Shown here: piece by piece, positions 20,880-31,964 of the stretch
How the letters are laid out: each line of letters begins with the position of its first letter
Numbering within the stretch: position 1 is the first letter of the stretch
Assembly: GCA_031285625.1 (NCBI GenBank)
Contig: JAITVV010000056.1
Span: 1 to 64,000, forward strand
Origin: Prevotella sp.
GTDB lineage: Bacteria > Bacteroidota > Bacteroidia > Bacteroidales > Dysgonomonadaceae
Reading direction: 5' to 3'
DNA length: 64,000 bases
The notes under the pieces: generated by a model
Told to the model about the DNA's origin: nothing
The model's input: the letters and a program-made list of their open reading frames with translations, nothing else
Database searches by the model: none
Translations under genes and position numbers: made by a program

Positions 20880-21341
20880 ATGGAAAAAACCCTTGTTATT
20901 CTGAAGCCTTCTTGTGTTCAAAGAGCACTTATGGGAGAAGTCATCTCCCGCTTCGAAAGAAAAGGTTTACGTTTAGCAGGGATGAAAATGGTACAATTAA
21001 CAGATGCCATTTTGAGCGAACACTATGCACACTTAAAAGACAGACCCTTCTTTCAACGTGTAAAAGATTCGATGAGAACCTGCCCTGTTATTGTTCAATG
21101 CTGGGAAGGCAAGAATGCAACCAAAGTTGTACGTCATATCATTGGAGTTACAAATGGAAGAGAAGCTGCCGCCGGAACCATCCGGGGTGATTTTTCCGTG
21201 AGTTCACAGGAAAATATTGTACACGCCTCAGATTCTCCTGAATCGGCAAAAACCGAACTTAAACGTTTTTTTACAGACAATGAAATTTTCGAATACAAAC
21301 TATCCACACTGACGAATCTATATTCGGATGACGAGATCTAA
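20880..21341 (+). CDS. ndk: Nucleoside diphosphate kinase
   Basis: EKTLVILKP, HYAHL..PFF, GTIRGDF, NIVHASDS. Confidence 0.97.
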   Translation: MEKTLVILKPSCVQRALMGEVISRFERKGLRLAGMKMVQLTDAILSEHYAHLKDRPFFQRVKDSMRTCPVIVQCWEGKNATKVVRHIIGVTNGREAAAGTIRGDFSVSSQENIVHASDSPESAKTELKRFFTDNEIFEYKLSTLTNLYSDDEI

Positions 21342-21349
21342 ATTATATT

Positions 21350-22369
21350 ATGAACAAAGAAAGTATTTTGACAAAAAACATTAAACGAATAAGATTACTG
21401 CCAATCGCAGCAATGCTTTTACTACCAATGAGTAGTTTTGCTCAAAATAAAACGACAGAAGCCAATCCTGACAGAGTAGAACTAAAGTACAAACAAAGAC
21501 ACAGCAGACAAACACCAAATTCGAACCTGTATGCTGATGGTATCAAAATCAAAAGAGACCTTTCCATTTTAAAAGAAATTCAAGAAGAACGTGTTTTGAG
21601 CGAAACTGAAATACCGTCTGAAGAGCTTTATGGAGGTATATGGAATAATCGTTATGTGAACGCATATCGTTCAATAGAGAATATTCCAGATACATTCAAA
21701 GTCAACCTGGACAATTTCACCATGCCAACAATGGGATATGTAACTTCTAATTTCGGACCACGTCGCCGCCGTATGCATTACGGAATCGACCTTAAGGTAC
21801 AAGTAGGAGATACGATCTATGCTGCCTTTGACGGTAAAGTGCGGGTAAAACAGTATGAGAGACGCGGATATGGATACTACCTTGCTCTACGTCATCCAAA
21901 CGGATTGGAAACTGTCTATGGACACTTATCTAAATTCTTAGTGGAAGAAGATCAGGTTGTAAGATCAGGTGAACCGATTGCACTAGGAGGCAACACAGGC
22001 CGTTCTACCGGATCTCATCTACATTTTGAGATTCGTTTTCTGGGAAATCCGATAAATCCTACATTTATTGTTGACTTCGACAATAAAGTATGTCATAAAG
22101 ATACCTATACCGTAACTCACAATAGCTATAGCAGAAGCAGTAAGGGCGTTGATATTAGAAATCTGGCTTCTTCCTCTGCAACAAGATCAAGTAGCACTGT
22201 GAAGAATAAATATGCCAGTGGAAGTATTAAATATCATCGTATACGGAAAGGAGACTCTCTGGGGAAAATAGCCCAGAAAAACGGAACAACTGTAAGTAAA
22301 ATATGTAAGTTGAATAATATCACAACAAAAACCACTCTTCGTGTGGGAAAATCATTAAGAGTTTCTTAA
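21350..22369 (+). CDS. M23 peptidase with C-terminal LysM domain
   Basis: HYGID, YGHLS, GRSTGSHLHFE; LysM YHRIRKGDSLGKIA. Confidence 0.93.
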   Translation: MNKESILTKNIKRIRLLPIAAMLLLPMSSFAQNKTTEANPDRVELKYKQRHSRQTPNSNLYADGIKIKRDLSILKEIQEERVLSETEIPSEELYGGIWNNRYVNAYRSIENIPDTFKVNLDNFTMPTMGYVTSNFGPRRRRMHYGIDLKVQVGDTIYAAFDGKVRVKQYERRGYGYYLALRHPNGLETVYGHLSKFLVEEDQVVRSGEPIALGGNTGRSTGSHLHFEIRFLGNPINPTFIVDFDNKVCHKDTYTVTHNSYSRSSKGVDIRNLASSSATRSSSTVKNKYASGSIKYHRIRKGDSLGKIAQKNGTTVSKICKLNNITTKTTLRVGKSLRVS

Positions 22370-22381
22370 AACAATATAAAT

Positions 22382-22410
22382 AAAGGGCGGCAAAATATTT
22401 TGCCGCCTTT
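22382..22410. terminator. Bidirectional intrinsic terminator
   Basis: AAAGGGCGGCAAAATATTTTGCCGCCTTT. Confidence 0.8.
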
Positions 22411-22426
22411 ATTTTATATATAAGTA

Positions 22427-23089
22427 TTACCATTCTATCGGGGCTATCCCTTTCGATTCCAAATATTTATTAGCTTCACTAAAGTGATTATTTCCAAAAA
22501 ATCCATTATGTGCAGATAATGGCGATGGATGAACAGACCTCAACACAAGATGTTTACTACCATCAATAAATGATACTTTCTTTTGTGCATAAGATCCCCA
22601 CAATATGAATACTAAATTCTCCCTTTTATCAGCTAGCTGACGAATCGCGGCATCGGTAAACGGTTCCCAACCTTTTTTCTGGTGTGATCCAGCCATATGA
22701 GCCTGAACAGTCAGAGTCGCATTTAACAAAAGGACACCTTGATTGGCCCAACGGGTCAGATTACCGGACTTAGGTACCGGAATATCCATATCCCGGTTTA
22801 TTTCCTTAAATATATTCACTAAAGATGGAGGAGCAGGTATACCATCCGGAACAGAAAAAGATAACCCATGAGCCTGTCCATCGTTATGATAAGGGTCCTG
22901 CCCCAATATAACTACTTTTACCTTATCAAAAGGGGTATGTTCAAATGCATTGAAAATCAATTTTGCAGGAGGGAATATCTGTTTAGTCCTATATTCTTCC
23001 CTTACAAATTCTGTAAGTTTTACAAAATAATCTTTATTAAATTCATCTTTTAATTGTTCTTTCCAACTCTCTTCGATTTTTACATCCAT
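22427..23089 (-). CDS. ung: Uracil-DNA glycosylase
   Basis: GQDPYH, HGLSFSV, GVLLLNATLTV, HPSPLS. Confidence 0.98.
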   Translation of the reverse strand: MDVKIEESWKEQLKDEFNKDYFVKLTEFVREEYRTKQIFPPAKLIFNAFEHTPFDKVKVVILGQDPYHNDGQAHGLSFSVPDGIPAPPSLVNIFKEINRDMDIPVPKSGNLTRWANQGVLLLNATLTVQAHMAGSHQKKGWEPFTDAAIRQLADKRENLVFILWGSYAQKKVSFIDGSKHLVLRSVHPSPLSAHNGFFGNNHFSEANKYLESKGIAPIEW

Positions 23090-23143
23090 AGTTTTATAGT
23101 TATATTAAATTTTCAGATTATTTGATAAGATAAAGATACAATA

Positions 23144-24625
23144 TTACTTTATCTGATGCAATATTGACGACTTACCATCTCCTTTTTGAACTAAATAAAT
23201 ATAGTTCCCAGCTACGATAAAATCACTGACTTTGCCTTTGCCTTTCGGAATTTCTAATGACGACAACTTCTTGCCTGTATTTTTTTCAATAATAGTCAGA
23301 TAGTTATCATTTACAGATATTATCATATTATCCTTTATTATTTCATACGGATCAAACAATCCACTCTCAGGAAGAAATTCAGTATAATCATCAATACGAT
23401 ATGTCAACTCTTCTAAATCAATCCGCAACAGTATCCTTTTATTTCCATCACGAAACACAGTACAAAATTCATTTTCGGTCAAATAAAATTCTGCACATCT
23501 CTCCATTTTAAAACTGTGCTTTATCAATATTTCATTTTCAATTTTACCATCCGGAATATTTATAATAAATAACTTATCATTTTTACCCAAAATATATAGC
23601 TTACCTCCACAGATATAACTGGCCATTATTGCCTCATATTTTTTTGAAGATATTTCCCAGATTTTCTCAGATTTTAATGGATCAACTAAAGCAATATTTA
23701 CCATACTACCACAGAGTACCATATTTCTTTCATTCAGTTTATGTACACGAACAAACCGTTTGCTGGTATTTGAATAAAACTTCTGTTTTTTATCCATTTT
23801 ACTGGCTACCTCAACTTTTGCCACTGTTTTTCCCAAAGTTTTCGAAGTAATATAAAGCATCTTCACATCACTGGAATAAATATATTCTTCGTCTTGTACA
23901 AACCGGGGCGTAATAGAAGACGAGGATGAACCACAAGTCCACACTATTTCATTCGTGTCCAGATCGTATTTCACCAGATTTCGCGACTCAGCTTCAAAAC
24001 CCTTTATGGCCATGGTATAAAAATAGTTTTTATCCATAAGTACCCCGGACATTCTCCGTTCATCCACAGATGTTATCCTACAACAAGTACCATTTTTAAG
24101 ATTAAACAAATCAGTAACTTCTTCCCACGATCCTGATACTGCCTGAAGATATTCGTCATCTAATAATTTCAAGCCTTCATTTACTTCACCAGTCTCTGCG
24201 ATATCATTATCCTGACAAATATAACTGGCAACTATTTTAATATCATTAATCTCAGTCTTAGCACCGAAGCTATCTTGAATTTGGAGATTTGTTTTTACAA
24301 AAGGCAGATTTACAGGTATCCTTTTTTCTTTACTTTTTGCAGGTGCATCTTTCTTTATTGCTTTTGCAGTTTTAGAGCTCGCTTTTTCATCCAGCCATTT
24401 TTCATCATCATTATCCCCACTGGGTAGTTCTGAATAACCTTCTTTGAATTTCTTCTGTATCAGCTTTAATGCATCTTTCTTTGCGAAATTTTCATCTGCG
24501 TATTCATCTTTTACATCTCTGCCTTTACTCCCTGTTTTTCCATAAGATTTAATAACAAATTTACCTTCAATGTCTATATTCCAGAATTTAGATTCTTCTT
24601 CCGTTTTTAGTTCAAAGTACCTCAT
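23144..24625 (-). CDS. WGR-domain protein with C-terminal PQQ-like beta-propeller
   Basis: SKFWNI..YGKTGSKG..KKFKEGY WGR pattern; repeated D..TG/W propeller-type motifs. Confidence 0.7.
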   Translation of the reverse strand: MRYFELKTEEESKFWNIDIEGKFVIKSYGKTGSKGRDVKDEYADENFAKKDALKLIQKKFKEGYSELPSGDNDDEKWLDEKASSKTAKAIKKDAPAKSKEKRIPVNLPFVKTNLQIQDSFGAKTEINDIKIVASYICQDNDIAETGEVNEGLKLLDDEYLQAVSGSWEEVTDLFNLKNGTCCRITSVDERRMSGVLMDKNYFYTMAIKGFEAESRNLVKYDLDTNEIVWTCGSSSSSITPRFVQDEEYIYSSDVKMLYITSKTLGKTVAKVEVASKMDKKQKFYSNTSKRFVRVHKLNERNMVLCGSMVNIALVDPLKSEKIWEISSKKYEAIMASYICGGKLYILGKNDKLFIINIPDGKIENEILIKHSFKMERCAEFYLTENEFCTVFRDGNKRILLRIDLEELTYRIDDYTEFLPESGLFDPYEIIKDNMIISVNDNYLTIIEKNTGKKLSSLEIPKGKGKVSDFIVAGNYIYLVQKGDGKSSILHQIK

Positions 24626-24785
24626 TGTGTATTAGTTTATTTTTGTTCATGTTATGTATAAGTTTAACAAAAATAATAAATTATTATTGTTAATATTACA
24701 TCTTTCGATATTTGCACCTTTATTATAACTATCGTACTTTTGTAATAATTGGAATCACAACAAATTTTAAACCCAGAATGTAATT

Positions 24786-26333
24786 ATGTCTAGATTAACC
24801 TTTTTCTTACTATTTATTACGACTTCCTTATTTGCCCAAAATGTAGAACAAACATACCGTAATCCGGTGATTGCAGGAGACTTGCCCGACCCCACTGTGA
24901 TTCGCGTAGGGAATGATTATTATGCAGCGGGAACAACCTCCGAGTTTGTGCCTGATTACCCTCTTTTCCACTCCAAAGATCTTATAAATTGGGAAAGGAT
25001 AGGCGCAGTTTTTACCAACCCACCAGCATGGATAAAAGGTGATTGCTGGGCTCCGGAGCTATACTATAATAATGGAACATACTTTGTATATTATACCGCC
25101 CGAAAGAAAAGTGATAATATATCATGCATTGGTGTTGCCTCTACTACTGATATAACCAAGGGATTTACAGATCATGGTCCTCTGATTGAATGGGGAAATG
25201 AGGCGATCGACGCTTATATTTTCAAAGATGATGACGGGAAATTATATATATCATGGAAAGCATATGGACTGGATAAGCGCCCGATAGAGATATTAGCATC
25301 AGAACTATCAGCCGATGGGTTATCACTTGTCGGAGAGCATTTTACCCTAACCGATCATACCAAAGGATGGATAGGAAGAGGTGATGAAGGCCAATGTATC
25401 GTAAAGCGCAATGGTTATTATTATCACTTCTATTCGATAGGAGGATGCTGTGACAACCGTTGTGATTACCGTGTGCATGTATCCCGTGCAAAAAGCCTGC
25501 GTGGAGAATGGGAGCAATATGAGCCTAATGCGATACTACAAGGGGGAGGGGCATGGTTATGCTCAGGCCATGGCACTTTGGTACAGACTCCCGACAACAG
25601 ATATTTTTATTTATACCATGCTTATAATACCAATGATTTTGAATATGTAGGTCGTCAGGCTTTACTCGACGAACTGGTATGGAATGATGAAACAGGATGG
25701 CCATATTTTAAGTACGGGAACACACCTACTACACAAGCACCAGTTCCATTTAAAGGCACAGTACAACAACGGAATATAGATTTTAATGATGATTTTTCAT
25801 CTGCTGAAAAAGATAAATTCTGGCAATGGGATATGTATTCATCCAAACCCGTGGCAACTAAAAATAGTAACAGCCTTAACCTGACCAATACAAAAGAAGG
25901 CTATTCATTCTGGGGAATAAACTCACAGACGGGTAATTATACAATGTCGACTAAGGTATCTACTAAAGGTTCCAACTTCAAAGGTTTGACAATATATGGG
26001 GGAATTAATAAATTATATGCGTGGGGTGTCTCTGGAAACGAAATAAAATTATTCAAATTGGATAATGATCAGAAAACCGAACTATATTCTACCCCTGCCG
26101 GTAATTCATCCACAATATACTTGAAAGCTGAAGCTATCAATGCACGCCTTTATCGTTTCTATTGGTCCACAAACGATATAGAGTGGCACATCTTTCCGCT
26201 GAATAACCAACATGTGGATATTTCAGGACTACCTCAATGGGGACGTGGACTACGTATTGGCCTTTTGGTGGAAAATAATGGCAATGATAATAACGCTACA
26301 TTTTCTCATTTCAATCTGACAAATAAATATTGA
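24786..26333 (+). CDS. Glycoside hydrolase family 43
   Basis: NPVIAGDLPDPTVIR, SKDLINW, WAPEL, AIDA, GHG; C-terminal beta-sandwich. Confidence 0.92.
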   Translation: MSRLTFFLLFITTSLFAQNVEQTYRNPVIAGDLPDPTVIRVGNDYYAAGTTSEFVPDYPLFHSKDLINWERIGAVFTNPPAWIKGDCWAPELYYNNGTYFVYYTARKKSDNISCIGVASTTDITKGFTDHGPLIEWGNEAIDAYIFKDDDGKLYISWKAYGLDKRPIEILASELSADGLSLVGEHFTLTDHTKGWIGRGDEGQCIVKRNGYYYHFYSIGGCCDNRCDYRVHVSRAKSLRGEWEQYEPNAILQGGGAWLCSGHGTLVQTPDNRYFYLYHAYNTNDFEYVGRQALLDELVWNDETGWPYFKYGNTPTTQAPVPFKGTVQQRNIDFNDDFSSAEKDKFWQWDMYSSKPVATKNSNSLNLTNTKEGYSFWGINSQTGNYTMSTKVSTKGSNFKGLTIYGGINKLYAWGVSGNEIKLFKLDNDQKTELYSTPAGNSSTIYLKAEAINARLYRFYWSTNDIEWHIFPLNNQHVDISGLPQWGRGLRIGLLVENNGNDNNATFSHFNLTNKY

Positions 26334-26397
26334 TAAGTTACGAGCAATGAGTTATAAGTTGAAGAACTAAACCTTCTAACTCACTGCTTAATACTTG
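26334..26397. repeat. Heptamer-periodic imperfect inverted repeat
   Basis: TAAGTTA CGAGCAA TGAGTTA TAAGTTG ... TAACTCA CTGCTTA ATACTTG. Confidence 0.55.
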
Positions 26398-26407
26398 ATA
26401 AGTACAA

Positions 26408-27703
26408 ATGAACAAAAGCATATTACGATTAGCAATACCCAATATTATATCCAATATAACTGTTCCGCTGCTGGGTATTGTTGACATGTTCATAGTAGGC
26501 CATATGGACTCGGAAGATTACATTGGTGCTATAGCATTGGCTACTATGCTTTTCAATTTCATTTATTGGAGCTTCTCTTTCTTACGAATGGGTACCAGTG
26601 GTTTTACAGCGCAGGCCTATGGTGCTAAAGATCATCAAGAGCAGAGCAATACCCTGCTTCGATCCCTTGCTGTAGCTATGGCAGCAGGAATATTGATTAT
26701 CTTATTGCAATATTTCATTGCACTTGTTGGTTTCTATTTTTTAAATGCAGAACCTGTAGTAAAGGTGTTTGCCCATGAATACTTCTATATCTACATATGG
26801 GCTGCTCCTGCTGTGCTGGGTATGTATACCTTTAATGGCTGGTATGTAGGTATGCAGAATGCAAAGATACCAATGATAGTGGCTATAGCTGTAAATATTG
26901 TAAATATAGCCCTTAGTTTTACCTTTGTTTATGGATTCGGCATGAAGATTAAAGGCGTAGCATTAGCCTCAGCCTGTGCACAATATACAGGATTCTTATC
27001 ATTTCTATTGATATGGAACCTTAAATACGGATGGCTCAAACAATACTTCAACTTGTCAGTATTGAAAGACATACGTTCCTATATACCATTCTTTAAAGTC
27101 AACAGTGATATTTTTATCAGAACAATGGCACTAGTAGCAGTGACTACATTTTTCATGTCTGCCTCAGCCAAATCAGGAAAGGATATATTGGCCGTTAATG
27201 CGCTTCTGATGCAAATGTTCATACTATTTTCTTATATGATGGATGGCTTCGCTTATGCAGCAGAAGCATTGACAGGTAAATATATCGGAGAAAATAACAG
27301 ACTTATATTAACATATCTGGTAAAACGGCTCTTTACCTGGGGTGTATGTATCGCCATAATTTTCACTTTAATTTATGCCATATTCCTGGATCCGATACTA
27401 GCGCTTATTACTGATAAACAAAATATATTAGCGTTAAGCAAAAGTTATCAGTTCTGGGTATTGCTAATTCCTGTGGCAGGTTTTTCAGCCTTCCTATGGG
27501 ATGGGATCTTCGTTGGAGCCACAGCCTCTCATCAAATGAGAAACTCAATGCTCATAGCTGTTACTAGTTTTTTTATTATCTATTTCACATTTTCGTACCT
27601 CTCCCCGAACAATATTCTGTGGTTAGCGTTTATTGTGTATCTGGCTTTGCGAGGGATAGTTCAGACCTTTATGGCTCCTGCTATTTTGAATGATTCCAGA
27701 TAA
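26408..27703 (+). CDS. MATE efflux transporter (DinF-like)
   Basis: LAIPNIISNITVPLLG.VD, FLRMGTSG, DIFIRT, DGIFVG. Confidence 0.92.
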   Translation: MNKSILRLAIPNIISNITVPLLGIVDMFIVGHMDSEDYIGAIALATMLFNFIYWSFSFLRMGTSGFTAQAYGAKDHQEQSNTLLRSLAVAMAAGILIILLQYFIALVGFYFLNAEPVVKVFAHEYFYIYIWAAPAVLGMYTFNGWYVGMQNAKIPMIVAIAVNIVNIALSFTFVYGFGMKIKGVALASACAQYTGFLSFLLIWNLKYGWLKQYFNLSVLKDIRSYIPFFKVNSDIFIRTMALVAVTTFFMSASAKSGKDILAVNALLMQMFILFSYMMDGFAYAAEALTGKYIGENNRLILTYLVKRLFTWGVCIAIIFTLIYAIFLDPILALITDKQNILALSKSYQFWVLLIPVAGFSAFLWDGIFVGATASHQMRNSMLIAVTSFFIIYFTFSYLSPNNILWLAFIVYLALRGIVQTFMAPAILNDSR

Positions 27704-27738
27704 TTGATAATCAATTTAATAAAAATTCTTAACTAGTT

Positions 27739-28236
27739 ATGAGCAAAATTGCAATAGTTTACGGCTCATCTACCGGAGCCACAGAATCGGTAGCAGAAAA
27801 AATAAAAGCTTCATTCGATGACGCTACGCTATTTAATGCAGATAGTGTGAGCGTTGACGATCTGAAGCCGTACGACTTCCTGATTTTTGGAGCATCTACA
27901 ACAGGTGTTGGAGATCTACAGGACGATTGGGAAATTCTTCTACCAAAAATTGAAAAAATGGATTTCTCTGGAAAAAAAGTAGCAATCTTCGGTTTAGGAG
28001 ATAGTGCTTCTTTTTCTACCAGTTTTGCAGGAGGAATGTATGTAATATACAAAGCTCTAAAAGGGAAAGCTGAATTTGTAGGATTCGTTTCTACAGATGG
28101 ATATACTTTTGATGAGTCAGATGCAGTTGTAGATGGTAAATTTGTAGGATTGGCATTGGACGAGGATAATGAGTACAATGAAACTGACGCGCGCATTGCC
28201 GCATGGGTAGAAGATTTGAAAAAGTATCTGAACTAA
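27739..28236 (+). CDS. fldA: Long-chain flavodoxin
   Basis: YGSSTGAT, GDLQDDW, FGLGD, FVGLALDEDN. Confidence 0.9.
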   Translation: MSKIAIVYGSSTGATESVAEKIKASFDDATLFNADSVSVDDLKPYDFLIFGASTTGVGDLQDDWEILLPKIEKMDFSGKKVAIFGLGDSASFSTSFAGGMYVIYKALKGKAEFVGFVSTDGYTFDESDAVVDGKFVGLALDEDNEYNETDARIAAWVEDLKKYLN

Positions 28237-28261
28237 TATATTATTATTTAGTTGTGTATAG

Positions 28262-28295
28262 AAACCGGGTAATTGTTATCCGGTTTTTATTTTTT
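28262..28295. terminator. Intrinsic terminator
   Basis: AAACCGGGTAA-TTG-TTATCCGGTTT plus T-tract. Confidence 0.7.
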
Positions 28296-28870
28296 CAGAG
28301 ACTACCACTACGTATACGGCTCAACGATTCGGGTGTCATTAATAAATATGAGGCTATATGATTAATAGAAGCTCTTTTTGCTGCCTCCGGAAATTCATTA
28401 ACAAAGCGCTCATAACGCTCTCTTACTGTTTCGAAACGCCACGAGTCAGCTTTCTGCTGAGACAGGATTAAAGAATATTCCAATATCTTACACTTCAACT
28501 TTGCAAACAAGGGATATTGAATAGATAATTCATCTAATTTTTGATAAGGTATACTATAAATACAGCTCGGTTCTATAGCTTCTATCATCAGCTGTGTGGG
28601 TACTCCTCTGAAAAGACTGGTAATACAAAATGTAATAAAGCCCTCACACGTAAAGTGTTCTGTAATATCACGTCCATCTTTATAGTAAAATTGCCTCAAC
28701 ATACCGGATTCAACATAAAAAATATGTCTCGCTATCTGCCCTTCTCCTAAAAGGATTTCTCCTTTCATCAATCTATGGTTTTCTATAATAGATCCGAGTT
28801 TGTTCAACTCTGCATCAGGTAATGCCAAAAAAGAGCTTGTTATCGTTTTCGCTATATTTATAGATTCCAT
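28295..28870 (-). CDS. Crp/Fnr-family transcriptional regulator
   Basis: cNMP-binding domain, RERYE, IASYLLMTPESLSRIR HTH. Confidence 0.9.
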   Translation of the reverse strand: MESINIAKTITSSFLALPDAELNKLGSIIENHRLMKGEILLGEGQIARHIFYVESGMLRQFYYKDGRDITEHFTCEGFITFCITSLFRGVPTQLMIEAIEPSCIYSIPYQKLDELSIQYPLFAKLKCKILEYSLILSQQKADSWRFETVRERYERFVNEFPEAAKRASINHIASYLLMTPESLSRIRSGSL

Positions 28871-28973
28871 TATCAGAAATATTTACTGACAAATATACAC
28901 TTTCTGATTTATATCATATTTTATCAAATCAGGTCTTTTTAATTTTGTATAGAATAATAAACTATACAAGATT

Positions 28974-29489
28974 ATGATGAAGCAGGTTTTAGTGGATATG
29001 GATGGAGTTCTGGCTGATGTTTATTCTCAATTTTCGAGACTTGAACTGGGAGAAACAGGAACGGTCATCGACATTGAATCTCTGTATGGTAAATTAGAAT
29101 CAGAAGCTTTTCCTAACTACGAGAAACACGTCCGTTCTACAAACTTCTTCAGAACAGCTCCGGTTATACCTGATAGTGTAGGCGGACTGAAATACTTAAA
29201 TGAGAAATATAACGTATTAATTGTATCATCAGCAACAGAATTTCCTGACAGCCTGAAAGAAAAAGTAGAATGGTTAAATGAGCATTTCCCATTTATTAAA
29301 TGGCAGCAAATAATCCTTTGTGGTACTAAAAATTCAATTAAAGGAGATATAATGATCGATGATCACCCCAAAAATCTGGACTATTTTGAAGGAAAAAAAA
29401 TATTATTCAGCCAACCGCACAACATGTATATGGTCAAAGATGATTGCACCAGAGTCAACACTTGGCAGGATATTATAAATATACTATAA
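28974..29489 (+). CDS. 5'(3')-deoxyribonucleotidase (NT5C family)
   Basis: VDMDGVLAD, EKVEWL.EHFPFI, MIDDH. Confidence 0.9.
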   Translation: MMKQVLVDMDGVLADVYSQFSRLELGETGTVIDIESLYGKLESEAFPNYEKHVRSTNFFRTAPVIPDSVGGLKYLNEKYNVLIVSSATEFPDSLKEKVEWLNEHFPFIKWQQIILCGTKNSIKGDIMIDDHPKNLDYFEGKKILFSQPHNMYMVKDDCTRVNTWQDIINIL

Positions 29490-30176
29490 TATAGATTTTA
29501 TTTCAGATAATTCCTTCACAATATATGTCGGTTGAAAATCTTTAACAGGCTTATTTTTAGGATTAAACCATACCTGATCGATACCACTGTTATATGCACC
29601 GCCAATATCTGTAAAAAGATTATCACCTATCATAATAGTATTGTCTGTACCTGTTCCTATTTTTTTCAATGCAAATGAGAATAAATCGGGATGAGGCTTA
29701 TTTACACCAACCTCATCGGATAAGATCACTTTATCAAAATAATCATCAAGTCCGGCACTCTTTATTTTCACATACTGCATCTCGGTAAATCCATTGGAAA
29801 GAATATGAATCTTATATCTAGGCTGCAGATAGTTTAGCAAATCTACTGCACCATTTATAAGAGTTCCCTTTTGCATTACCCTCTCTATAAAATCATCATT
29901 TATAGCTAAAGCCTGCTCTTCTGTAATCTCTTCAACAGAATTGAGCGGAGCAATAAACCGTTCTCTCTGCAAAGTCGCTTTTGTAATCTTACCTCTTCCA
30001 TACAACTCCCATAGCTGGCTCACATTTGCAAAATAGATTTCATAAAAATCGGCAAAAGATGGAAAATAGTTTCCAAACCGATAGTCGTCATATAGTTCAA
30101 TAAGGGTCAAACGGGTATTTTCAACTGTGTCTATGAGTGTATCATCGAGGTCGAGAAGTATATCTGTATATCTCAT
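29484..30176 (-). CDS. YjjG-family HAD nucleotidase
   Basis: DLDDTL, SNGF..Q..K, KPHP, MIGDN..TDI.GA; ATG at 30176. Confidence 0.9.
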   Translation of the reverse strand: MRYTDILLDLDDTLIDTVENTRLTLIELYDDYRFGNYFPSFADFYEIYFANVSQLWELYGRGKITKATLQRERFIAPLNSVEEITEEQALAINDDFIERVMQKGTLINGAVDLLNYLQPRYKIHILSNGFTEMQYVKIKSAGLDDYFDKVILSDEVGVNKPHPDLFSFALKKIGTGTDNTIMIGDNLFTDIGGAYNSGIDQVWFNPKNKPVKDFQPTYIVKELSEIKSIL

Positions 30177-30407
30177 GCAATAATTTTGAATATTGAAAAG
30201 CGATAAAGATACTAAATTAGTTGCAATCCGCATAGATACAAACCTCAGCCACTACAAGATTTGGTACGTTATTATTTTATTTATACCTAGGTTTTTCAGT
30301 AACACAAATAGCTGTGATTCAATTTTTATTATCTTTGCACTTCGATACAAAATGATTTATAAATTATCTGTTAAGAGATTATAAACAGAGTAATATTTAA
30401 ATAAAAT

Positions 30408-31889
30408 ATGGCAAAAGAACTTAAAGAACTGACCCCAAGAAGCAAGGATTATAGTCAGTGGTATCTTGATTTGGTATTAAAAGCAGAGTTAGCAGAAAAT
30501 TCTGCTGTTCGCGGATGTATGGTTATTAAACCATACGGATATGCGATATGGGAAAAAATGCAACGTCAGTTGGACGATATGTTCAAAGAGACAGGTCATG
30601 TAAATGCTTATTTCCCGCTCTTTATCCCCAAATCTTTTTTAAGTAAAGAAGCCGACCACGTTGAAGGATTTGCTAAAGAATGTGCTGTAGTCACACATTA
30701 CCGATTAAAGAACGATCCTGATGGTAAAGGTGTGATCGTTGATCCTGATGCAAAACTGGAAGAAGAACTAATAGTACGCCCTACTTCAGAAACCATTATA
30801 TGGAGTACATACCGCAACTGGATCCAATCATACAGAGATTTGCCTTTGCTTATAAACCAATGGGCGAATGTAGTACGCTGGGAAATGCGCACGCGCCTGT
30901 TCTTACGTACTGCAGAATTCTTATGGCAGGAAGGCCATACAGCACATGCAACAAAAGATGAGGCTGAAGAAGAAGCAATAAAAATGCTTAATGTATATGC
31001 ACAGTTTGCTGAAGATCACATGGCAATGCCTGTAATAAAAGGGGTAAAATCGGCATCAGAACGCTTTGCTGGGGCAGTAGAGACTTATACTATAGAAGCA
31101 ATGATGCAGGACGGCAAAGCCCTACAATCCGGAACATCCCACTTCTTAGGTCAAAACTTTGCAAAAGCATTTGATGTGAAATTTGCAGACAAAGAAGGGA
31201 AGATGGATTATGTATGGGCTACATCATGGGGATTATCTACCCGTATGATCGGAGCTTTGATCATGGCACATTCTGATGACAATGGTCTTGTACTTCCTCC
31301 CAAATTAGCTCCTTTCCAGGTAGTGATTGTGCCTATTTACAAAGGAGACGAGCAATTAGCTTTAATCAATGAAAAGGTGGATGGTATCATAAAATCTTTG
31401 AAGGCTCTAGGAATCAGTGTAAAATATGACAATGCAGACAACAAGAAACCAGGATGGAAATTCTCCGAGTATGAATTGAAAGGTGTACCTGTACGCTTAG
31501 CAATGGGTGCCCGCGATATGGAAAACAATACTGTAGAAGTTGCCCGTCGCGACATGCTAACCAAAGAAACGGTATCTTGTGACGGATTGGATATATATAT
31601 CAAAAACCTGTTAGAAGACATACAAGCCAACATTTATAAAAAAGCTTTTGACCTAAGGGAGAAACAAACTATAAAAGTAGATACTTACGAAGAATTCAAA
31701 ACAAAAATTGAGGATGGTGTATTTATACTTGCTCACTGGGACGGAACTGCTGAAACGGAAGAAAAAGTAAAAGCAGAAACTAAAGCTACAATCCGTTGTA
31801 TACCACTGGAAGGAGACAAAACTCCGGGCACATGTATGGTTACAGGAAAACCTTCAGCCCAGAGAGTTGTGTTTGCCAGAGCTTACTAA
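30408..31889 (+). CDS. proS: Proline-tRNA ligase (archaeal/eukaryotic type)
   Basis: [37 protein letters not shown]-terminal FARAY. Confidence 0.98.
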   Translation: MAKELKELTPRSKDYSQWYLDLVLKAELAENSAVRGCMVIKPYGYAIWEKMQRQLDDMFKETGHVNAYFPLFIPKSFLSKEADHVEGFAKECAVVTHYRLKNDPDGKGVIVDPDAKLEEELIVRPTSETIIWSTYRNWIQSYRDLPLLINQWANVVRWEMRTRLFLRTAEFLWQEGHTAHATKDEAEEEAIKMLNVYAQFAEDHMAMPVIKGVKSASERFAGAVETYTIEAMMQDGKALQSGTSHFLGQNFAKAFDVKFADKEGKMDYVWATSWGLSTRMIGALIMAHSDDNGLVLPPKLAPFQVVIVPIYKGDEQLALINEKVDGIIKSLKALGISVKYDNADNKKPGWKFSEYELKGVPVRLAMGARDMENNTVEVARRDMLTKETVSCDGLDIYIKNLLEDIQANIYKKAFDLREKQTIKVDTYEEFKTKIEDGVFILAHWDGTAETEEKVKAETKATIRCIPLEGDKTPGTCMVTGKPSAQRVVFARAY

Positions 31890-31912
31890 AGCACATTTAA
31901 TTATATATGATT

Positions 31913-31946
31913 AAAAAGAGGTTTGAATATTCAAACCTCTTTTTTT
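31913..31946. terminator. Bidirectional intrinsic terminator
   Basis: AAAAAGAGGTTTGAATATTCAAACCTCTTTTT. Confidence 0.85.
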
Positions 31947-31964
31947 ACTTTATATGACTTCCAT

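Noticed and set aside
29484-29489. Convergent overlap of two nucleotidase genes
   Set aside because: A 6-nt stop-codon overlap is common; there is no evidence of a regulatory role.
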